Notes: generated from the letters alone by a model not told the origin. A stretch of DNA of 64,000 nucleotides from Chitinophagales bacterium (GCA_026936105.1 JAIXKI010000023.1:35484-99483), one strand, 5' to 3'. Positions 27,771 to 38,741 are shown, numbered from the stretch's first letter. Numbers and translations are program-made.

Positions 27771-28245
27771 TTTTTTGTTTTTTGTGGTTATATACTTTAA
27801 AGACTACGGCTCAAAATTAAGTACTATATATTATTTAGTACTGTACTTTAAATTAAACGGTCTAAACTACTGATAAGCGGAAGCCTTTTTTGATAAGAGT
27901 GTGACGTACCTCTTTTTAATAGGTTACATTTTGAATGCCTTTTTGGATAAAAGGCTTCTTCTCTAAATAAGAGGTAAGTTTTCTATTCACAGTAATTTTA
28001 GGAGTGAACAATTAGCTGGTAAGTGCGTTTTACTTTCACTGTTTTGGCTTTTAAGAATGGAAGAGCTTAATGGTCTTAATCATTAAATCCATTTTCGAGG
28101 TAAGCCTGTTCTTTTCAAAAGTTTTTTTTCAGAATCTCCTTATTCTATGTGAACTCATGTTCCACATTCTTAAACTAAACACCCGTGTTAAAGAATAAAG
28201 GAAAGTTTACACAACGAACAAAGTAAATTGCAAAAAAATTGAAAG

Positions 28246-29262
28246 ATGATCATTGATTTCAGATCGGACACGGTAACCAGGCCCACTCCTGCCATGAGAG
28301 AAGCCATGATGGCTGCAAAGGTTGGCGATGATGTCTTTGGAGAAGACCCTTCGGTAAATGAACTGGAAAGAAAAGCTTCAGAGATATTCGGAATGGAAGC
28401 CGCTCTTTTTTGTGCTTCGGGCACCATGACCAACCAGATAGCAATCAAATGCCATACACAACCCGGAGATGAAGTGATCTGTGATGAAAATGCCCACGTT
28501 TATCAGTATGAGGCAGGCGGCATTGCATTCAATTCAGGATCTTCGGTAAAACTATTACCGGGAGACCTGGGACGCATCACTGCCCATCAGGTTTTGTCTG
28601 CCATCAATCCAGATGACCTGCATAAACCGCACAGTTCTTTGGTTTGCCTGGAAAATACATCGAACCGTGGCGGTGGCAGTTGTTATGATTTTAATGAGAT
28701 TAAAAAGATCAAAAATGTCTGTACTGATAACGAACTCGGTTTTCATCTGGATGGAGCCAGGCTCTTCAATGCATTGGTGGAGAAAAAAGAAACGCCCAAA
28801 CAATACGGTGAAATATTTGACAGCATTTCAGTATGCCTGAGTAAAAGCCTGGGATGTCCCGTAGGAAGTTTATTACTTGGCAAAAAGGAATTCATTAAAA
28901 AAGCAAGGCGGGTACGCAAAGTGTTTGGAGGTGGAATGAGGCAGGCAGGGTTTCTTGCTGCCGCAGGTATTTATGCATTGGACCATCATATTGACCGGCT
29001 GGCCGAAGATCATGCTCATGCCCGGATCATCGCAGATGCGATCGCAAAAAAGGAATTCATAAAAAAGGTGTTGCCGGTCGAGACCAATATCATCATATTT
29101 GAATTGAATGATCCTCACACCTCAAAAGAAATGGTGGCAAAACTGAAAGAATACGACATTCTCAGCCATGCCGTTTCATCGAACCGGGTGCGCCTTGTCG
29201 TTCATCTGGATATATCCAAAGAGATGGTAGAAAAAACTGTGGACACTTTTAAATCATTATAA
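28246..29262 (+). CDS. ltaE: Low-specificity L-threonine aldolase
   Basis: [35 protein letters not shown]...[11 protein letters not shown] is the threonine aldolase signature. Confidence 0.88.
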   Translation: MIIDFRSDTVTRPTPAMREAMMAAKVGDDVFGEDPSVNELERKASEIFGMEAALFCASGTMTNQIAIKCHTQPGDEVICDENAHVYQYEAGGIAFNSGSSVKLLPGDLGRITAHQVLSAINPDDLHKPHSSLVCLENTSNRGGGSCYDFNEIKKIKNVCTDNELGFHLDGARLFNALVEKKETPKQYGEIFDSISVCLSKSLGCPVGSLLLGKKEFIKKARRVRKVFGGGMRQAGFLAAAGIYALDHHIDRLAEDHAHARIIADAIAKKEFIKKVLPVETNIIIFELNDPHTSKEMVAKLKEYDILSHAVSSNRVRLVVHLDISKEMVEKTVDTFKSL

Positions 29263-29265
29263 ATT

Positions 29266-30924
29266 ATGTTACACAAAATAAATCCGACTACAACAAGAAG
29301 CTGGCAATTGCTGAATGAGCACTATTCCGAAATGAGGAATATGCATATGAGAGATCTATTTAAAAATGATTCTGAGCGGTTCAAAAAATATTCGTTGCAG
29401 CTTGAAGATATTTTATTCGATTATTCAAAGAACAGGATCAATGACAAGACCATGGATCTTTTATTCAGGCTTGCAGAGGAATGCAAGGTGAAAGATTCCA
29501 TCCATGCCATGTTCAGCGGTGACATCATAAACGAAACGGAGCATCGTTCTGTTTTACACACTGCACTCCGTAATTTTTCGGATCACCCTGTCCTTTCTGA
29601 AGGAGTGGACGTGATGCCCGAAGTAAGGAAAGCTCAGAAAAAAATGAAAACATTCTGCAATGCCATTCACAACGGAACATTGAGGGGATATACCGGCAAA
29701 AAGATCAAATACATTGTGAATATCGGGATCGGAGGCAGCGACCTTGGTCCGCAAATGGTAACGGCAGCGCTGAAGCCCTACTGGATTGATGACATGCAGG
29801 CATTCTTTGTTTCCAATGTTGACGGAACTCATATTGTAGAAACATTGAAGCAGGTAAAGCCGGAAAGAACTCTTTTCCTGATCGCATCCAAGACATTCAC
29901 TACACAGGAAACCATGACCAATGCACACACGGCAAGGGAGTGGTTCCTGAAAAAAGCAAAAAACGAAAAATACATTACCAACCATTTTGTTGCCCTTTCC
30001 ACCAATGAAAAAGAAGTGGTGAAATTCGGCATCAGTAAAAAGAACATGTTCGGCTTCTGGGACTGGGTAGGTGGACGTTATTCTTTATGGAGTGCCATCG
30101 GACTGTCCATAGCTCTGACCATCGGTTATAAAAATTTTGAGCAATTGCTCAGAGGCGCTTTTGCAACCGACAATCATTTCCGGAACACTCCATTTGAAAA
30201 GAATATTCCTGTGATCATGGCATTGATCGGGCTTTGGTATGGAAATTTCTTCGGGGCGCAAAGCGAGGCTATTCTCCCTTACGACCAATATATGTACCGT
30301 TTTGCCGCCTACTTTCAACAGGGAAATATGGAAAGCAACGGTAAGAGTGTTGACAGGAGTGGCAAACCGGTAAGCTACAGTACCGGCCCTGTAATCTGGG
30401 GTGAACCCGGAACCAATGGCCAGCATGCATTCTATCAATTGATCCATCAGGGAACGCCGATCATCCCGTGCGACTTCATAGCGCCTGCACAAACGCATAA
30501 CCCGATCGGGGATCATCATGAAAAACTGCTCTCCAACTTTTTTGCACAGACCGAAGCATTGATGAACGGTAAAACAGGCGAAGAAGTAAGAAATGAAATG
30601 GAGAAAGAAGGAATGCCGGAAGAGAAAATTTCCAGGCTGATCCCTTACCGTTCCTTTTCAGGCAACAGGCCTACCAATTCTTTTCTTATTAAAAAGATCA
30701 CTCCTTATAACCTGGGAATGCTGATCGCACTTTATGAACATAAAATATTTGTGCAGGGCGTGATATGGAATATTTTCAGTTTCGATCAGTGGGGTGTGGA
30801 ACTGGGGAAACAACTGGCTAATAAAATTTTACCTGAGCTGCAAAACGAAGGCACTGTAAGCAGCCATGATCTCTCCACCAATGGGTTGATCAACTCTTAT
30901 AAAGAGATGAGGAAAAAGGCTTAA
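29266..30924 (+). CDS. pgi: Glucose-6-phosphate isomerase
   Basis: 552 aa with [24 protein letters not shown] and [15 protein letters not shown] motifs. Confidence 0.95.
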   Translation: MLHKINPTTTRSWQLLNEHYSEMRNMHMRDLFKNDSERFKKYSLQLEDILFDYSKNRINDKTMDLLFRLAEECKVKDSIHAMFSGDIINETEHRSVLHTALRNFSDHPVLSEGVDVMPEVRKAQKKMKTFCNAIHNGTLRGYTGKKIKYIVNIGIGGSDLGPQMVTAALKPYWIDDMQAFFVSNVDGTHIVETLKQVKPERTLFLIASKTFTTQETMTNAHTAREWFLKKAKNEKYITNHFVALSTNEKEVVKFGISKKNMFGFWDWVGGRYSLWSAIGLSIALTIGYKNFEQLLRGAFATDNHFRNTPFEKNIPVIMALIGLWYGNFFGAQSEAILPYDQYMYRFAAYFQQGNMESNGKSVDRSGKPVSYSTGPVIWGEPGTNGQHAFYQLIHQGTPIIPCDFIAPAQTHNPIGDHHEKLLSNFFAQTEALMNGKTGEEVRNEMEKEGMPEEKISRLIPYRSFSGNRPTNSFLIKKITPYNLGMLIALYEHKIFVQGVIWNIFSFDQWGVELGKQLANKILPELQNEGTVSSHDLSTNGLINSYKEMRKKA

Positions 30925-30951
30925 CTTTAAGACGGCCTTGAAACCTCATTT

Positions 30952-31385
30952 ATGAAAAAGTATTTTCTTATCGCATGTCTTACTGCATTTTCATTTGCTG
31001 CAGCACAGCAAAACGATTTTTTGACATTCAAAAACATCTTCAGGAAAAATCTGCCAAAAAAAGATTACAAAAATTAAGTGAGAAGTACTTCCCTCCCAAC
31101 CCGGAAACTTTAATTGATAAATTCAGAACCGGGCTCCCGGAAGACTCTCATTCGCAGGCAAAACTGTCTTTTATCTTACCTGACGGCGATAAAGTCTATT
31201 CACTTCCAATGGACCATATGCCTTGCATTGTGTCGGATAAAAAAAATTATGCGGATAATATGCCCACACTTAGGGATAAAATTAAGTTCTATAGTTACCC
31301 GGATAAGAATACATCGGCGCCGCCTCCCGGAGCCATTCCCAATCCGGCTTATCCCCGCAGGACCGTTCCCCTCATCCGAAAATAA
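30952..31385 (+). pseudogene. Secreted protein gene interrupted by a frameshift at an A7 homopolymer
   Basis: The ATG at 30952 encodes a textbook signal peptide, MKKYFLIACLTAFSFAAAQQ, but the frame stops at 31075. The long ORF (to 31385) is in another frame. One extra A in the A7 run at 31056-31062 would join the two. Confidence 0.55.
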
Positions 31386-31430
31386 AAAATGCTTCCCTAA
31401 GGAAGCATTCTGCAATTGGTTTCGGTTGTT

Positions 31431-31865
31431 TTACCATTTATCAACTTCTTCTTCATTAGTTGATGTTCCGGCAGTTTTTTCTTCTTCCTGCGAAGTAGTC
31501 GGTTCGCCAGACGTCTCTTCTACGGCAATGGGAGCAGAACCATTCTCAACTTCCACATCATTTTCTGCCAGCGCTTCATCATGGTTGAATGCGTCGAAAT
31601 TAAAATCAGGCATCAGCTCTGTTTTCACATGATCCACAGTTTCATTCAACGCTTTTATGAATTTATTAAAATCCTCTTTGTACAAAAATATTTTATGCCT
31701 GTCGTACCCGTCATCATTGAAACGTTTTCTGCTCTCCGTAATGGTCAGGTAATAATCATTACCACGGGTCGCTCTTACATCAAAAAAATAGGTCCTTCTC
31801 TTCCCGGCACGAATGCGTTTGCCGTATATACTCTCCATTTTCTTTTCGTTATTCTCGTAAGCCAC
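31431..31865 (-). CDS. PUR-alpha-like nucleic-acid-binding protein (DUF3276-like) with an acidic tail
   Basis: SIYGKRIRAGKRRTYFFDVRATRGNDYYLTITESRKR...HKIFLYKEDFNKF matches the bacterial Pur-alpha repeat family as I recall it. Confidence 0.65.
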   Translation of the reverse strand: MAYENNEKKMESIYGKRIRAGKRRTYFFDVRATRGNDYYLTITESRKRFNDDGYDRHKIFLYKEDFNKFIKALNETVDHVKTELMPDFNFDAFNHDEALAENDVEVENGSAPIAVEETSGEPTTSQEEEKTAGTSTNEEEVDKW

Positions 31866-31961
31866 AGTTTAAAATTTTACAGTTTTAGAATCAATATCCT
31901 TCAGTTTTGGAATTCACAAATATATCAATGTTTTTGATTCAGCCAAATCATAATAAAACTT

Positions 31962-33800
31962 TCACGTTCCGGGGTCATCTTCCTGCTCCTGCTGCCGGGC
32001 ATAAAGACCGGCATAATATCCGTTAGCATCTATCAGTTCACTGTGTGTGCCTTCTTCCACGATCTCTCCGTCTTTCAATACCACAATTTTGTCAAAATTA
32101 AACAGGGAGAATATCCTGTGTGTAATGATGATGGCCGTTTTCTCCTTTAAATATTCGTACAAACTACTCAGTATCTCCTGCTCTGTTTTTGCATCCACGG
32201 CACTCAGGCAATCATCAAAGACCACCAGGTTGGGATCTTTAACCAATGCCCTGGCGATGGAGATGCGCTGCTTTTGGCCTCCGCTCAACGTCACTCCTCT
32301 TTCGCCGATCATGGTGTCATATTGTTCCGGAAAAGATTCGATCTCTTTCTGAACACTTGCCTGTGTCGCAGCCTGTAACACATCTTCTTTCCCTCCCTCT
32401 TTCATTCCAAAAAGGATATTGTTTTCCACAGTATCGCTGAACAGAAAAACATCCTGAGGTACATAGCTGATCTGCTCCCGCAGTGTCTTTACTCCTATCT
32501 TTCTGATATCAATTCCATCCAGCTTTATTTCACCTTCTGTCGGATCATACATTCTCAATAACAACTGGGCAATGGTAGATTTGCCGCTGCCGGTACGGCC
32601 CACTATCGCCACCTTTTCTCCTCTCTTTATCTCGAGATCAAAATTTTTCAATGCACGAATACCGGTATGCGGATAAATAAAATTTACATTATGAAAACTG
32701 ATATCTCCCTGCAATTTTATGTGTTCTGCATCATCAGGTTCACGGATGGCAGGGTCTGTCAGTAAAAATTCATTGATCCTTCTTTGTGAGGCGGCCGCCC
32801 TCTGGATCATACTGGCTGTAAGCCCGATAGCGCTGACCGGAAAAGTGAGCATATTAATGTACATCACAAATTCCACGATGGCATCAATACCGATATTCCT
32901 GTCACCATAAATATAATAAAGTCCCCCGATCATGATGGTCAGCAAAGTGCTGAGCCCGATAAGTAAAGTAATGGAAGGAAAATAGATCGCTTCCACTTTA
33001 GCAAGTCCTACTGCATTTTTGCGATAGTCTTCGCTGTTCTTACTGAAGAAACCCAGCATGGCTCTTTCCTGGACAAACGATTTTATGACGCGGATCCCTG
33101 AATAGGACTCCTGTGCATTAGTGGTAAGATCTGATAGCAGAGCCTGTATGCGTTCACTTCTTTTATTGATGATATTATTGACAAAATAAATGGTGATAGC
33201 CAATAACGGTAAAGGAGCCAGCACATATAAGGTCAGTTCCACATTTCTTTTCAGCATAAAGAAAACACTTAGAGAGATAACAGCTATCAGATTGGCCAGA
33301 TACATGATGGCCGGGCCGGTAAACATGCGCACCCTGCTGACATCTTCTGAGATGCGGTTCATCAAATCCCCTGTATTGTGTGATTTGAAAAAAGCAGTGT
33401 CCAGTTTCTGATAATGGCGGTATATCTCGTTTTTCTGATCGAATTCTATATGCCGGCTCATTACGATGATGGTCTGCCGCATCAGGAAGAGAAAAAATCC
33501 ACGCAAAAGGGCAAGTCCCAAAATGGTGATGCCGCATAAAGCCACAACGGAAGCAAGACTATAACCTGAATTCTCAACAGTATGAATGAACTTCTGAACC
33601 AGTATGTCGTACTTAGGAGGAGTTTTTGGAGGACGGTAATCGGAAAGCTTCAGAGATTTCTCTACAAAATCTATTACAAAACCGGTGACCTGCGGAGACA
33701 ATACATTAAAATAATTGGATAAAAAAACAAATACAATTCCAATGCTGAGACGGATGCGGTATTTCCAGAAATATTTATTAAGAGCCTTTAGTTGCTTCAA
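31962..33800 (-). CDS. ABC exporter, fused permease and ATPase (MsbA/multidrug type)
   Basis: 612 aa with an N-terminal 6-TM region, Walker A GRTGSGKST, signature LSGGQKQR and Walker B LVVFDD. Confidence 0.9.
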   Translation of the reverse strand: MKQLKALNKYFWKYRIRLSIGIVFVFLSNYFNVLSPQVTGFVIDFVEKSLKLSDYRPPKTPPKYDILVQKFIHTVENSGYSLASVVALCGITILGLALLRGFFLFLMRQTIIVMSRHIEFDQKNEIYRHYQKLDTAFFKSHNTGDLMNRISEDVSRVRMFTGPAIMYLANLIAVISLSVFFMLKRNVELTLYVLAPLPLLAITIYFVNNIINKRSERIQALLSDLTTNAQESYSGIRVIKSFVQERAMLGFFSKNSEDYRKNAVGLAKVEAIYFPSITLLIGLSTLLTIMIGGLYYIYGDRNIGIDAIVEFVMYINMLTFPVSAIGLTASMIQRAAASQRRINEFLLTDPAIREPDDAEHIKLQGDISFHNVNFIYPHTGIRALKNFDLEIKRGEKVAIVGRTGSGKSTIAQLLLRMYDPTEGEIKLDGIDIRKIGVKTLREQISYVPQDVFLFSDTVENNILFGMKEGGKEDVLQAATQASVQKEIESFPEQYDTMIGERGVTLSGGQKQRISIARALVKDPNLVVFDDCLSAVDAKTEQEILSSLYEYLKEKTAIIITHRIFSLFNFDKIVVLKDGEIVEEGTHSELIDANGYYAGLYARQQEQEDDPGT

Positions 33801-33912
33801 GATATTTGTTTCTGCGAAATTAACTGAAGAAACCTAAACCGGATTTTCACTCTTAAAACAATCACTATCAAATCAATTTTGTTGATATGACATCGGGAAC
33901 TATTTTTGCGCC

Positions 33913-33997
33913 GGAGAGATGGCAGAGCGGTCGAATGCGGCGGTCTTGAAAACCGTTGACTGTAACAGGTCCGGGGGTTCGAATCCCTCTCTCTCCG
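33913..33997 (+). tRNA. tRNA-Ser (anticodon TGA)
   Basis: Acceptor stem GGAGAGA/TCTCTCC, anticodon loop CTTGAAA, long variable arm and T-loop GGTTCGAATCC. Confidence 0.9.
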
Positions 33998-34003
33998 CCC
34001 AAC

Positions 34004-34030
34004 AGCAGCTTGAAGGCTGCTTTTTTATTT
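34004..34030 (+). terminator. Hairpin plus T-run between the two tRNA-Ser genes
   Basis: AGCAGC-TTGAAG-GCTGCT followed by TTTTTATTTT. Confidence 0.55.
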
Positions 34031-34048
34031 TCTTACTTTTGAAATTCA

Positions 34049-34135
34049 GGAGAGATGCCAGAGCGGTCGAATGGGACGGTCTCGAAAACCGTTGTACGGG
34101 CAACTGTACCGAGGGTTCGAATCCCTCTCTCTCCG
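34049..34135 (+). tRNA. tRNA-Ser (anticodon CGA)
   Basis: It has the same acceptor stem and T-arm as the upstream tRNA-Ser, anticodon loop CTCGAAA and a long variable arm. Confidence 0.9.
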
Positions 34136-34209
34136 CTTAAAAGATTCTGCTTTTTAATGAAATTGAGATCATCAGGTAATTCAAAGGAAGGTGATCTTAT
34201 TTTACCCGG

Positions 34210-35229
34210 TCAGCTCTGATTTACCACCAATTTACTTTGCAATACAACTTTTCTTTCATCATCAGGCGGAGCGATCTTTGAAGTAATGCGCTGAAGCAAT
34301 AGTTCCGTCGCTTTTTCTGCCTGTTCATACGGGAATTGCTCCACTGAGATCAATGGGCGGTCAAGCAGGTAGGTTGTGACCGGAAGATTGGCATAGCTGG
34401 CAAAGAAAACATCTTTATTCACTTTCAATCCTCTGCTCCGGGTGTATTGAATGGCATCCAACGCCACATAATCGTTAAATGCGATCACGGCAGTGGGTGG
34501 TTCTTTCAGGTCAAGTAATGCTTTCATCGCATCCTGATTACCTTTTTTATTGAGGTTGGTCTGCACGATATATGATTCTTCAACAGGTATCTCATTATTC
34601 TTCAGCCCTTCATAATATCCATTGAGCCGCTGCTCAGAATGAATGATGGTTCCGGGGCCTTTGATAAAACCAATCTTCTTATGTCCTTGCTTTACCAGCC
34701 ATTCCACCAATTCCACAGAACTTTTCTCCAAATTACAGGAAACGCTAAATGCACCGTCAACTTTTATCGGTATCCTGTCCACATAAACTACAGGAATGCC
34801 ATAATTCTCCAACTGTTCAAAATGTTCATACGAACTGGTGGTTTTAGAAAACGATACAATGACACCATCAACCCTGTGCCTTCTCATGGTTTCCACTATC
34901 TTTTTTTCACGGCCCACATCTTCATGCGATTGCCCGATTAGTACAGTATAATTATTTTTTGAAGCCACATCTTCGATAGCTGTAATAGCCATAGAAAAAT
35001 ATTCTTCACCAAGGTCAGGAAGGATAACTCCAATGGTAAAAGTCTTGCCTTGTTTAAAAGAAATAGCAGCCTGATTGGGTTCATAGCCCAATTCCTCAGC
35101 CAGCTTTTTCACCTGTATCTTGGTGCGGAGTCCGATACTCGGATGATCATGCAGAGCTCTTGACACGGTGGAAACCGAGACATTCAATTGCTTTGCAATT
35201 TCTTTAATGGTGGCTGGCTTTTGTTCCAT
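34210..35229 (-). CDS. LacI-family transcriptional regulator
   Basis: The N-terminal HTH is ATIKEIAKQLNVSVSTVSRALHDHP. The remainder resembles a periplasmic-binding-protein-like sugar sensor domain. Confidence 0.88.
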   Translation of the reverse strand: MEQKPATIKEIAKQLNVSVSTVSRALHDHPSIGLRTKIQVKKLAEELGYEPNQAAISFKQGKTFTIGVILPDLGEEYFSMAITAIEDVASKNNYTVLIGQSHEDVGREKKIVETMRRHRVDGVIVSFSKTTSSYEHFEQLENYGIPVVYVDRIPIKVDGAFSVSCNLEKSSVELVEWLVKQGHKKIGFIKGPGTIIHSEQRLNGYYEGLKNNEIPVEESYIVQTNLNKKGNQDAMKALLDLKEPPTAVIAFNDYVALDAIQYTRSRGLKVNKDVFFASYANLPVTTYLLDRPLISVEQFPYEQAEKATELLLQRITSKIAPPDDERKVVLQSKLVVNQS

Positions 35230-35464
35230 AAAACAAACGTGGTAAATGGTAAAACCTAAGATACCAAAAGAAAATGACTTTTCTCCTGTTGCCTTTCTCT
35301 AATTTTCAATCTGTAATCTGGTTTTAGCCGGGGAAAAATAACAATCATAATCAAGGAAGTAGATCTTTTTTATTCTCTACACATCGTATTTTCAACAATC
35401 ACAAATAAATATTTTTGAGCAGAACATTTATTATTCGTAAATTCCATTATCAAAACTTGGCCAT

Positions 35465-35899
35465 ATGAGTAATGTTTCTTCGATCCTCTTAAGAAAAGGA
35501 AGATCCATCGTAGCGATACCACCGGATACGGCAGTCATTGAAGCTTTAAAAATGATGTCCGAAAAAAATATTGGCTCCATCGTAGTAATGGACGGCAACC
35601 ATTATCTCGGCATTATCACCGAAAGAGATTATTCCCGCAAAGTGATCTTGAAAGGGAAAAGTTCCGGCGACACAAAAGTATCCGACATCATGAGCACCGA
35701 CCTTCCTTCGGTGAGGCCTACAGACAGTGTAGAACATTGCAGGGAACTGATGAGTGATAAGAATATCCGTTACCTGCCTGTATTTGAAGATGAAAAAATG
35801 ATCGGCATCATTTCCATGAGCGATGTGGTAAAAGAAACGATCCTGTTGCAAAAAGAAACGATACATCATCTTGAAAGCTACATACGTGGCGATATCTGA
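35465..35899 (+). CDS. CBS-domain pair protein
   Basis: 144 aa with two CBS-like repeats (IGSIVVMDGNHYLGIITERD and IRYLPVFEDEKMIGIISMSD). Confidence 0.8.
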   Translation: MSNVSSILLRKGRSIVAIPPDTAVIEALKMMSEKNIGSIVVMDGNHYLGIITERDYSRKVILKGKSSGDTKVSDIMSTDLPSVRPTDSVEHCRELMSDKNIRYLPVFEDEKMIGIISMSDVVKETILLQKETIHHLESYIRGDI

Positions 35900-36626
35900 C
35901 TTACTATTCCATGGAAAAGAGCGGGAACCCCGTAAGGTTCCTCTCTTTCTCAACATTTTACAACCAGCTTTGTTATTCTCTTTGTTTACGGTTCTGTTGT
36001 TCAGCAACTGTAGCAGTTATTCTGCTGCAGCTTCCAATGACCCGGAACCCGTACCTACAAACCTGAATTCAATGACCGATACAGCAACTTTTGCCAACGG
36101 ATGCTTCTGGTGTACCGAAGCCGTTTTTACTGAACTGAAAGGAGTGATCAAGGTCACTTCCGGATTTTCCGGAGGTAAAACAGAAAACCCGACCTATAAA
36201 CAGGTATGCACCGGCGAGACAGGCCATGCCGAATGCCTGCAGATTATCTATGACCCTTCCGTTATCAGTTTTGATGAACTGCTGGAAGTGTTCTGGGAAA
36301 CCCATGACCCCACCACACTTAACCGCCAGGGAAATGATATAGGAACACAATACCGGAGCGCTATTTTTTATCACAATGATGAACAAAAGCAAAAAGCTGA
36401 AAAATACAAATCCGAACTTGACAAAAGCGGCGCTTATGACAATCCGGTAGTCACTGAGATCGTTCCTTTTAAAAAATTCTTTCCGGCCGAAGATTATCTG
36501 CAGGATTATTTTGAGAACAATGAGAACACCAACCCCTATTGCAGGATCGTCATCCGGCCCAAAGTGGATAAGTTCAGAAAAGTTTTTAAAGACAAGCTTA
36601 AGAAAGAATTTGCAGGGGATAAATGA
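35871..36626 (+). CDS. msrA: Peptide-methionine (S)-S-oxide reductase MsrA, probably exported; start uncertain
   Basis: ATFANGCFWCTEAVF...GHAECLQIIYDP is the MsrA signature. The ORF-track start is a TTG overlapping the CBS gene. The hydrophobic stretch ending LFSNC suggests a lipoprotein signal. An internal ATG at 36072 is an alternative start. Confidence 0.85.
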   Translation: MKATYVAISDLLFHGKEREPRKVPLFLNILQPALLFSLFTVLLFSNCSSYSAAASNDPEPVPTNLNSMTDTATFANGCFWCTEAVFTELKGVIKVTSGFSGGKTENPTYKQVCTGETGHAECLQIIYDPSVISFDELLEVFWETHDPTTLNRQGNDIGTQYRSAIFYHNDEQKQKAEKYKSELDKSGAYDNPVVTEIVPFKKFFPAEDYLQDYFENNENTNPYCRIVIRPKVDKFRKVFKDKLKKEFAGDK

Positions 36627-36658
36627 GGAAGCAGGATGGCCTCAGCTAAATTTTAATT

Positions 36659-37306
36659 TTACAAAAACGGCACCCACATTTCTTTTGATCTGATAAATTT
36701 TTCGGTGGCACCGGCATCAATGATCTTATAATCAAATTTGGGATACGTAGGGCTGACATAGCCAGGATAAAAATATTTCTTCCCTTCTTCCCGTGAATGG
36801 TCGGTCTGTAGTTTCATCAGGTATTTACCCAGGCTGAATTTTTTATAAGAAGGATGATAAAAATTCAGGATGCCCGCAGCACTTTCATCTCCCAGGTCGT
36901 GATATCCTGTGGCAATCAGTAAAGAACCATCTCTTATCTCTGTGAGAATGGTATCAAAAGTATTTGAAGCGTAATGCCCCAATAGATACCCTCTCACAGT
37001 ATATGAAGTGTCGAAATCTATTTGACTCCTGTACAATGCGAACAGATCTTCGATTTCGGGGGTAATTAGAAAATTCATCATGTTCACTGAAAAATTCCTG
37101 TTACGCTTCATCAGAATTTCAGGATGGAATTTCCAATGCTCTAAAAGATAACGAATCCAAATCAGTTGATGTTCCCCACTTCCATCAAATTCGTGTGAGT
37201 CAACAAAGAACATATCCTGAGTACTACGATACCAGCCTTTTGCCAGCAAATCATCCATTAATTTACCATCCCAATGCCAGTAATCCGATATTTCAATGGT
37301 ATCCAT
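36659..37306 (-). CDS. Arginyl/leucyl-tRNA-protein transferase-like (ATE/Bpt C-terminal domain-like) protein
   Basis: 215 aa. KGWYRSTQDMFF and the GNAT-like C-terminal part (FYPGYVSP...KFDYK) resemble the aminoacyl-tRNA-protein transferase family. Recognition is by eye only. Confidence 0.45.
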   Translation of the reverse strand: MDTIEISDYWHWDGKLMDDLLAKGWYRSTQDMFFVDSHEFDGSGEHQLIWIRYLLEHWKFHPEILMKRNRNFSVNMMNFLITPEIEDLFALYRSQIDFDTSYTVRGYLLGHYASNTFDTILTEIRDGSLLIATGYHDLGDESAAGILNFYHPSYKKFSLGKYLMKLQTDHSREEGKKYFYPGYVSPTYPKFDYKIIDAGATEKFIRSKEMWVPFL

Positions 37307-37479
37307 ATGGCGTTTGTGTCAGATTAAAATAGAAAGATCAATTTGCAAATTTCTAAATAAAATTGAATCTTTCTATCAATTCTGTTCCGGCAGTAACAAT
37401 TTGACCTCAACTCTTTTCTCTGCTCTTAGCTGACCCGCACAAACTTTCTATTAACCCGATTTCAATTGCAGCCTGCCCT

Positions 37480-38106
37480 TTACTCGATATTGAAATAAAG
37501 TCCGGCATGCACATTCAGATTGCTCAGATCCTTATAACCAAATTTGTTATACGGAGCATAATTATAAGTACCGCCAATATCAGCTCCCAGGTTATTTGAT
37601 TTCACAAAGGGTATCTTAAGCCCCAATCCGCCCTGTGCAATGAATCCTGCGCTGTTTGATGCGTTGGAGAATTCTCCAAGGTATTGGTTGTTGCTTATAA
37701 AATTGACACCGGCTGCAACGGATGCATAAGGCCTGATAGAGGTCATTGTGTTAGAGAAAGGCTGAACTTCAAGTCTTGCCATTACCGGAATGGTTTGAAT
37801 GGAGTTGGATACTACTGCAGAGATCTGTTGAGTCTGTCCGTAGTTATAAACCTGTCTCGGATATTTCTGATAATAATCCTGGTAACCGAAATCCAACCCG
37901 GCACTGATCAACGGATTAAAGCGGTACATTACGTTTCCTGTAAACCCTCTCGGTGAAGCATGACTCACCAGATCAGATTTGAAGTTGCTTACCGGGAAAC
38001 TGTAATTATAATTCAGATTCAGGCTCATTCTTGAATCCTGTGACTGAGCGGAAAAGCCTGCTGTCAATAATCCAAACAGGCCTATCAATATCTTTTTCAT
38101 GATCAT
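37480..38106 (-). CDS. Outer-membrane beta-barrel protein (small porin / OmpW-like class)
   Basis: It has a signal peptide, alternating aromatic/Gly-rich beta-strand pattern and a C-terminal ...GLYFNIE. Confidence 0.6.
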   Translation of the reverse strand: MIMKKILIGLFGLLTAGFSAQSQDSRMSLNLNYNYSFPVSNFKSDLVSHASPRGFTGNVMYRFNPLISAGLDFGYQDYYQKYPRQVYNYGQTQQISAVVSNSIQTIPVMARLEVQPFSNTMTSIRPYASVAAGVNFISNNQYLGEFSNASNSAGFIAQGGLGLKIPFVKSNNLGADIGGTYNYAPYNKFGYKDLSNLNVHAGLYFNIE

Positions 38107-38111
38107 TAATT

Positions 38112-38741
38112 TTAATTGGTTTGTATATAGGTGGATTGGTCAAACAACGCTTTCACCTGTGACGGCGCCACCGAAGCATTGTAAATATCACTGCCTCTGA
38201 TCAACCCTGTCCAGATCACATCCAGTTTTTGATTTTTAGTTGCATCTTTCAGGTCCACCATGTCCACACTCACTGCTCCTTCCCTGATCTGATACACTGC
38301 GTAGCTATAAGGCAGATAATATCCATAGCCGGGGTAACCCCAGTAATAAGGGTCCCAATAAGAATCATAATAATCCCAATAGGACCCCAGGCTGATCACA
38401 CCGGTACTGGTTGAAATGATCCTGTTTACGGTGAGTCCCAGATCGGGGTTATCATTTTTGGATACTAATACATAGCCTCTTGCCTGCATCTGGTCTTTCA
38501 CAGCCTGAATATAAGCGGCATCAGCGGCATTCAGTTGCTTACTTACCCTGCCATTTTCGATCAGGGCGGCTGAATCCGAAATACTGAAAGTATGAAAGCT
38601 GTTGAACTGAATGGTGGAATCATGATCAGTAATGTAGATCCTCGACTCTTCATTCGTCATATCTTTCAACGGATCCTTCTGGCATCCGTAAGCCAGTATT
38701 GCCAGGGAGCTTAACAATGCCATTACACGAACAATTTTCAT
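38112..38741 (-). CDS. Putative lipoprotein (DUF4136-like)
   Basis: It has a lipobox (LAYGC) and a Tyr/Trp-rich segment, SYWDYYDSYWDPYYWGYPGYGYYLPY. Confidence 0.5.
   Translation of the reverse strand: MKIVRVMALLSSLAILAYGCQKDPLKDMTNEESRIYITDHDSTIQFNSFHTFSISDSAALIENGRVSKQLNAADAAYIQAVKDQMQARGYVLVSKNDNPDLGLTVNRIISTSTGVISLGSYWDYYDSYWDPYYWGYPGYGYYLPYSYAVYQIREGAVSVDMVDLKDATKNQKLDVIWTGLIRGSDIYNASVAPSQVKALFDQSTYIQTN

Noticed and set aside
27790-27860. Repeated TACTTTAAA and AGTACT motifs upstream of the TonB-dependent receptor gene. Considered as a regulator operator (for example a Fur-like box).
   Set aside because: The motifs do not form a clean palindrome or match a box I can name. The AT-rich context makes chance repeats likely.
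31114-31632. 172-aa ORF spanning the end of the frameshifted gene and the PUR-alpha-like gene
   Set aside because: It overlaps a convincing opposite-strand gene (31431-31865) and an in-phase better candidate (30975-31385). Its product is low-complexity.
33900-34140. ORFs 33900-34103 (-) and 33919-34140 (+)
   Set aside because: They exactly overlap the two tRNA-Ser genes, so the ORFs are artefacts of the tRNA sequence.
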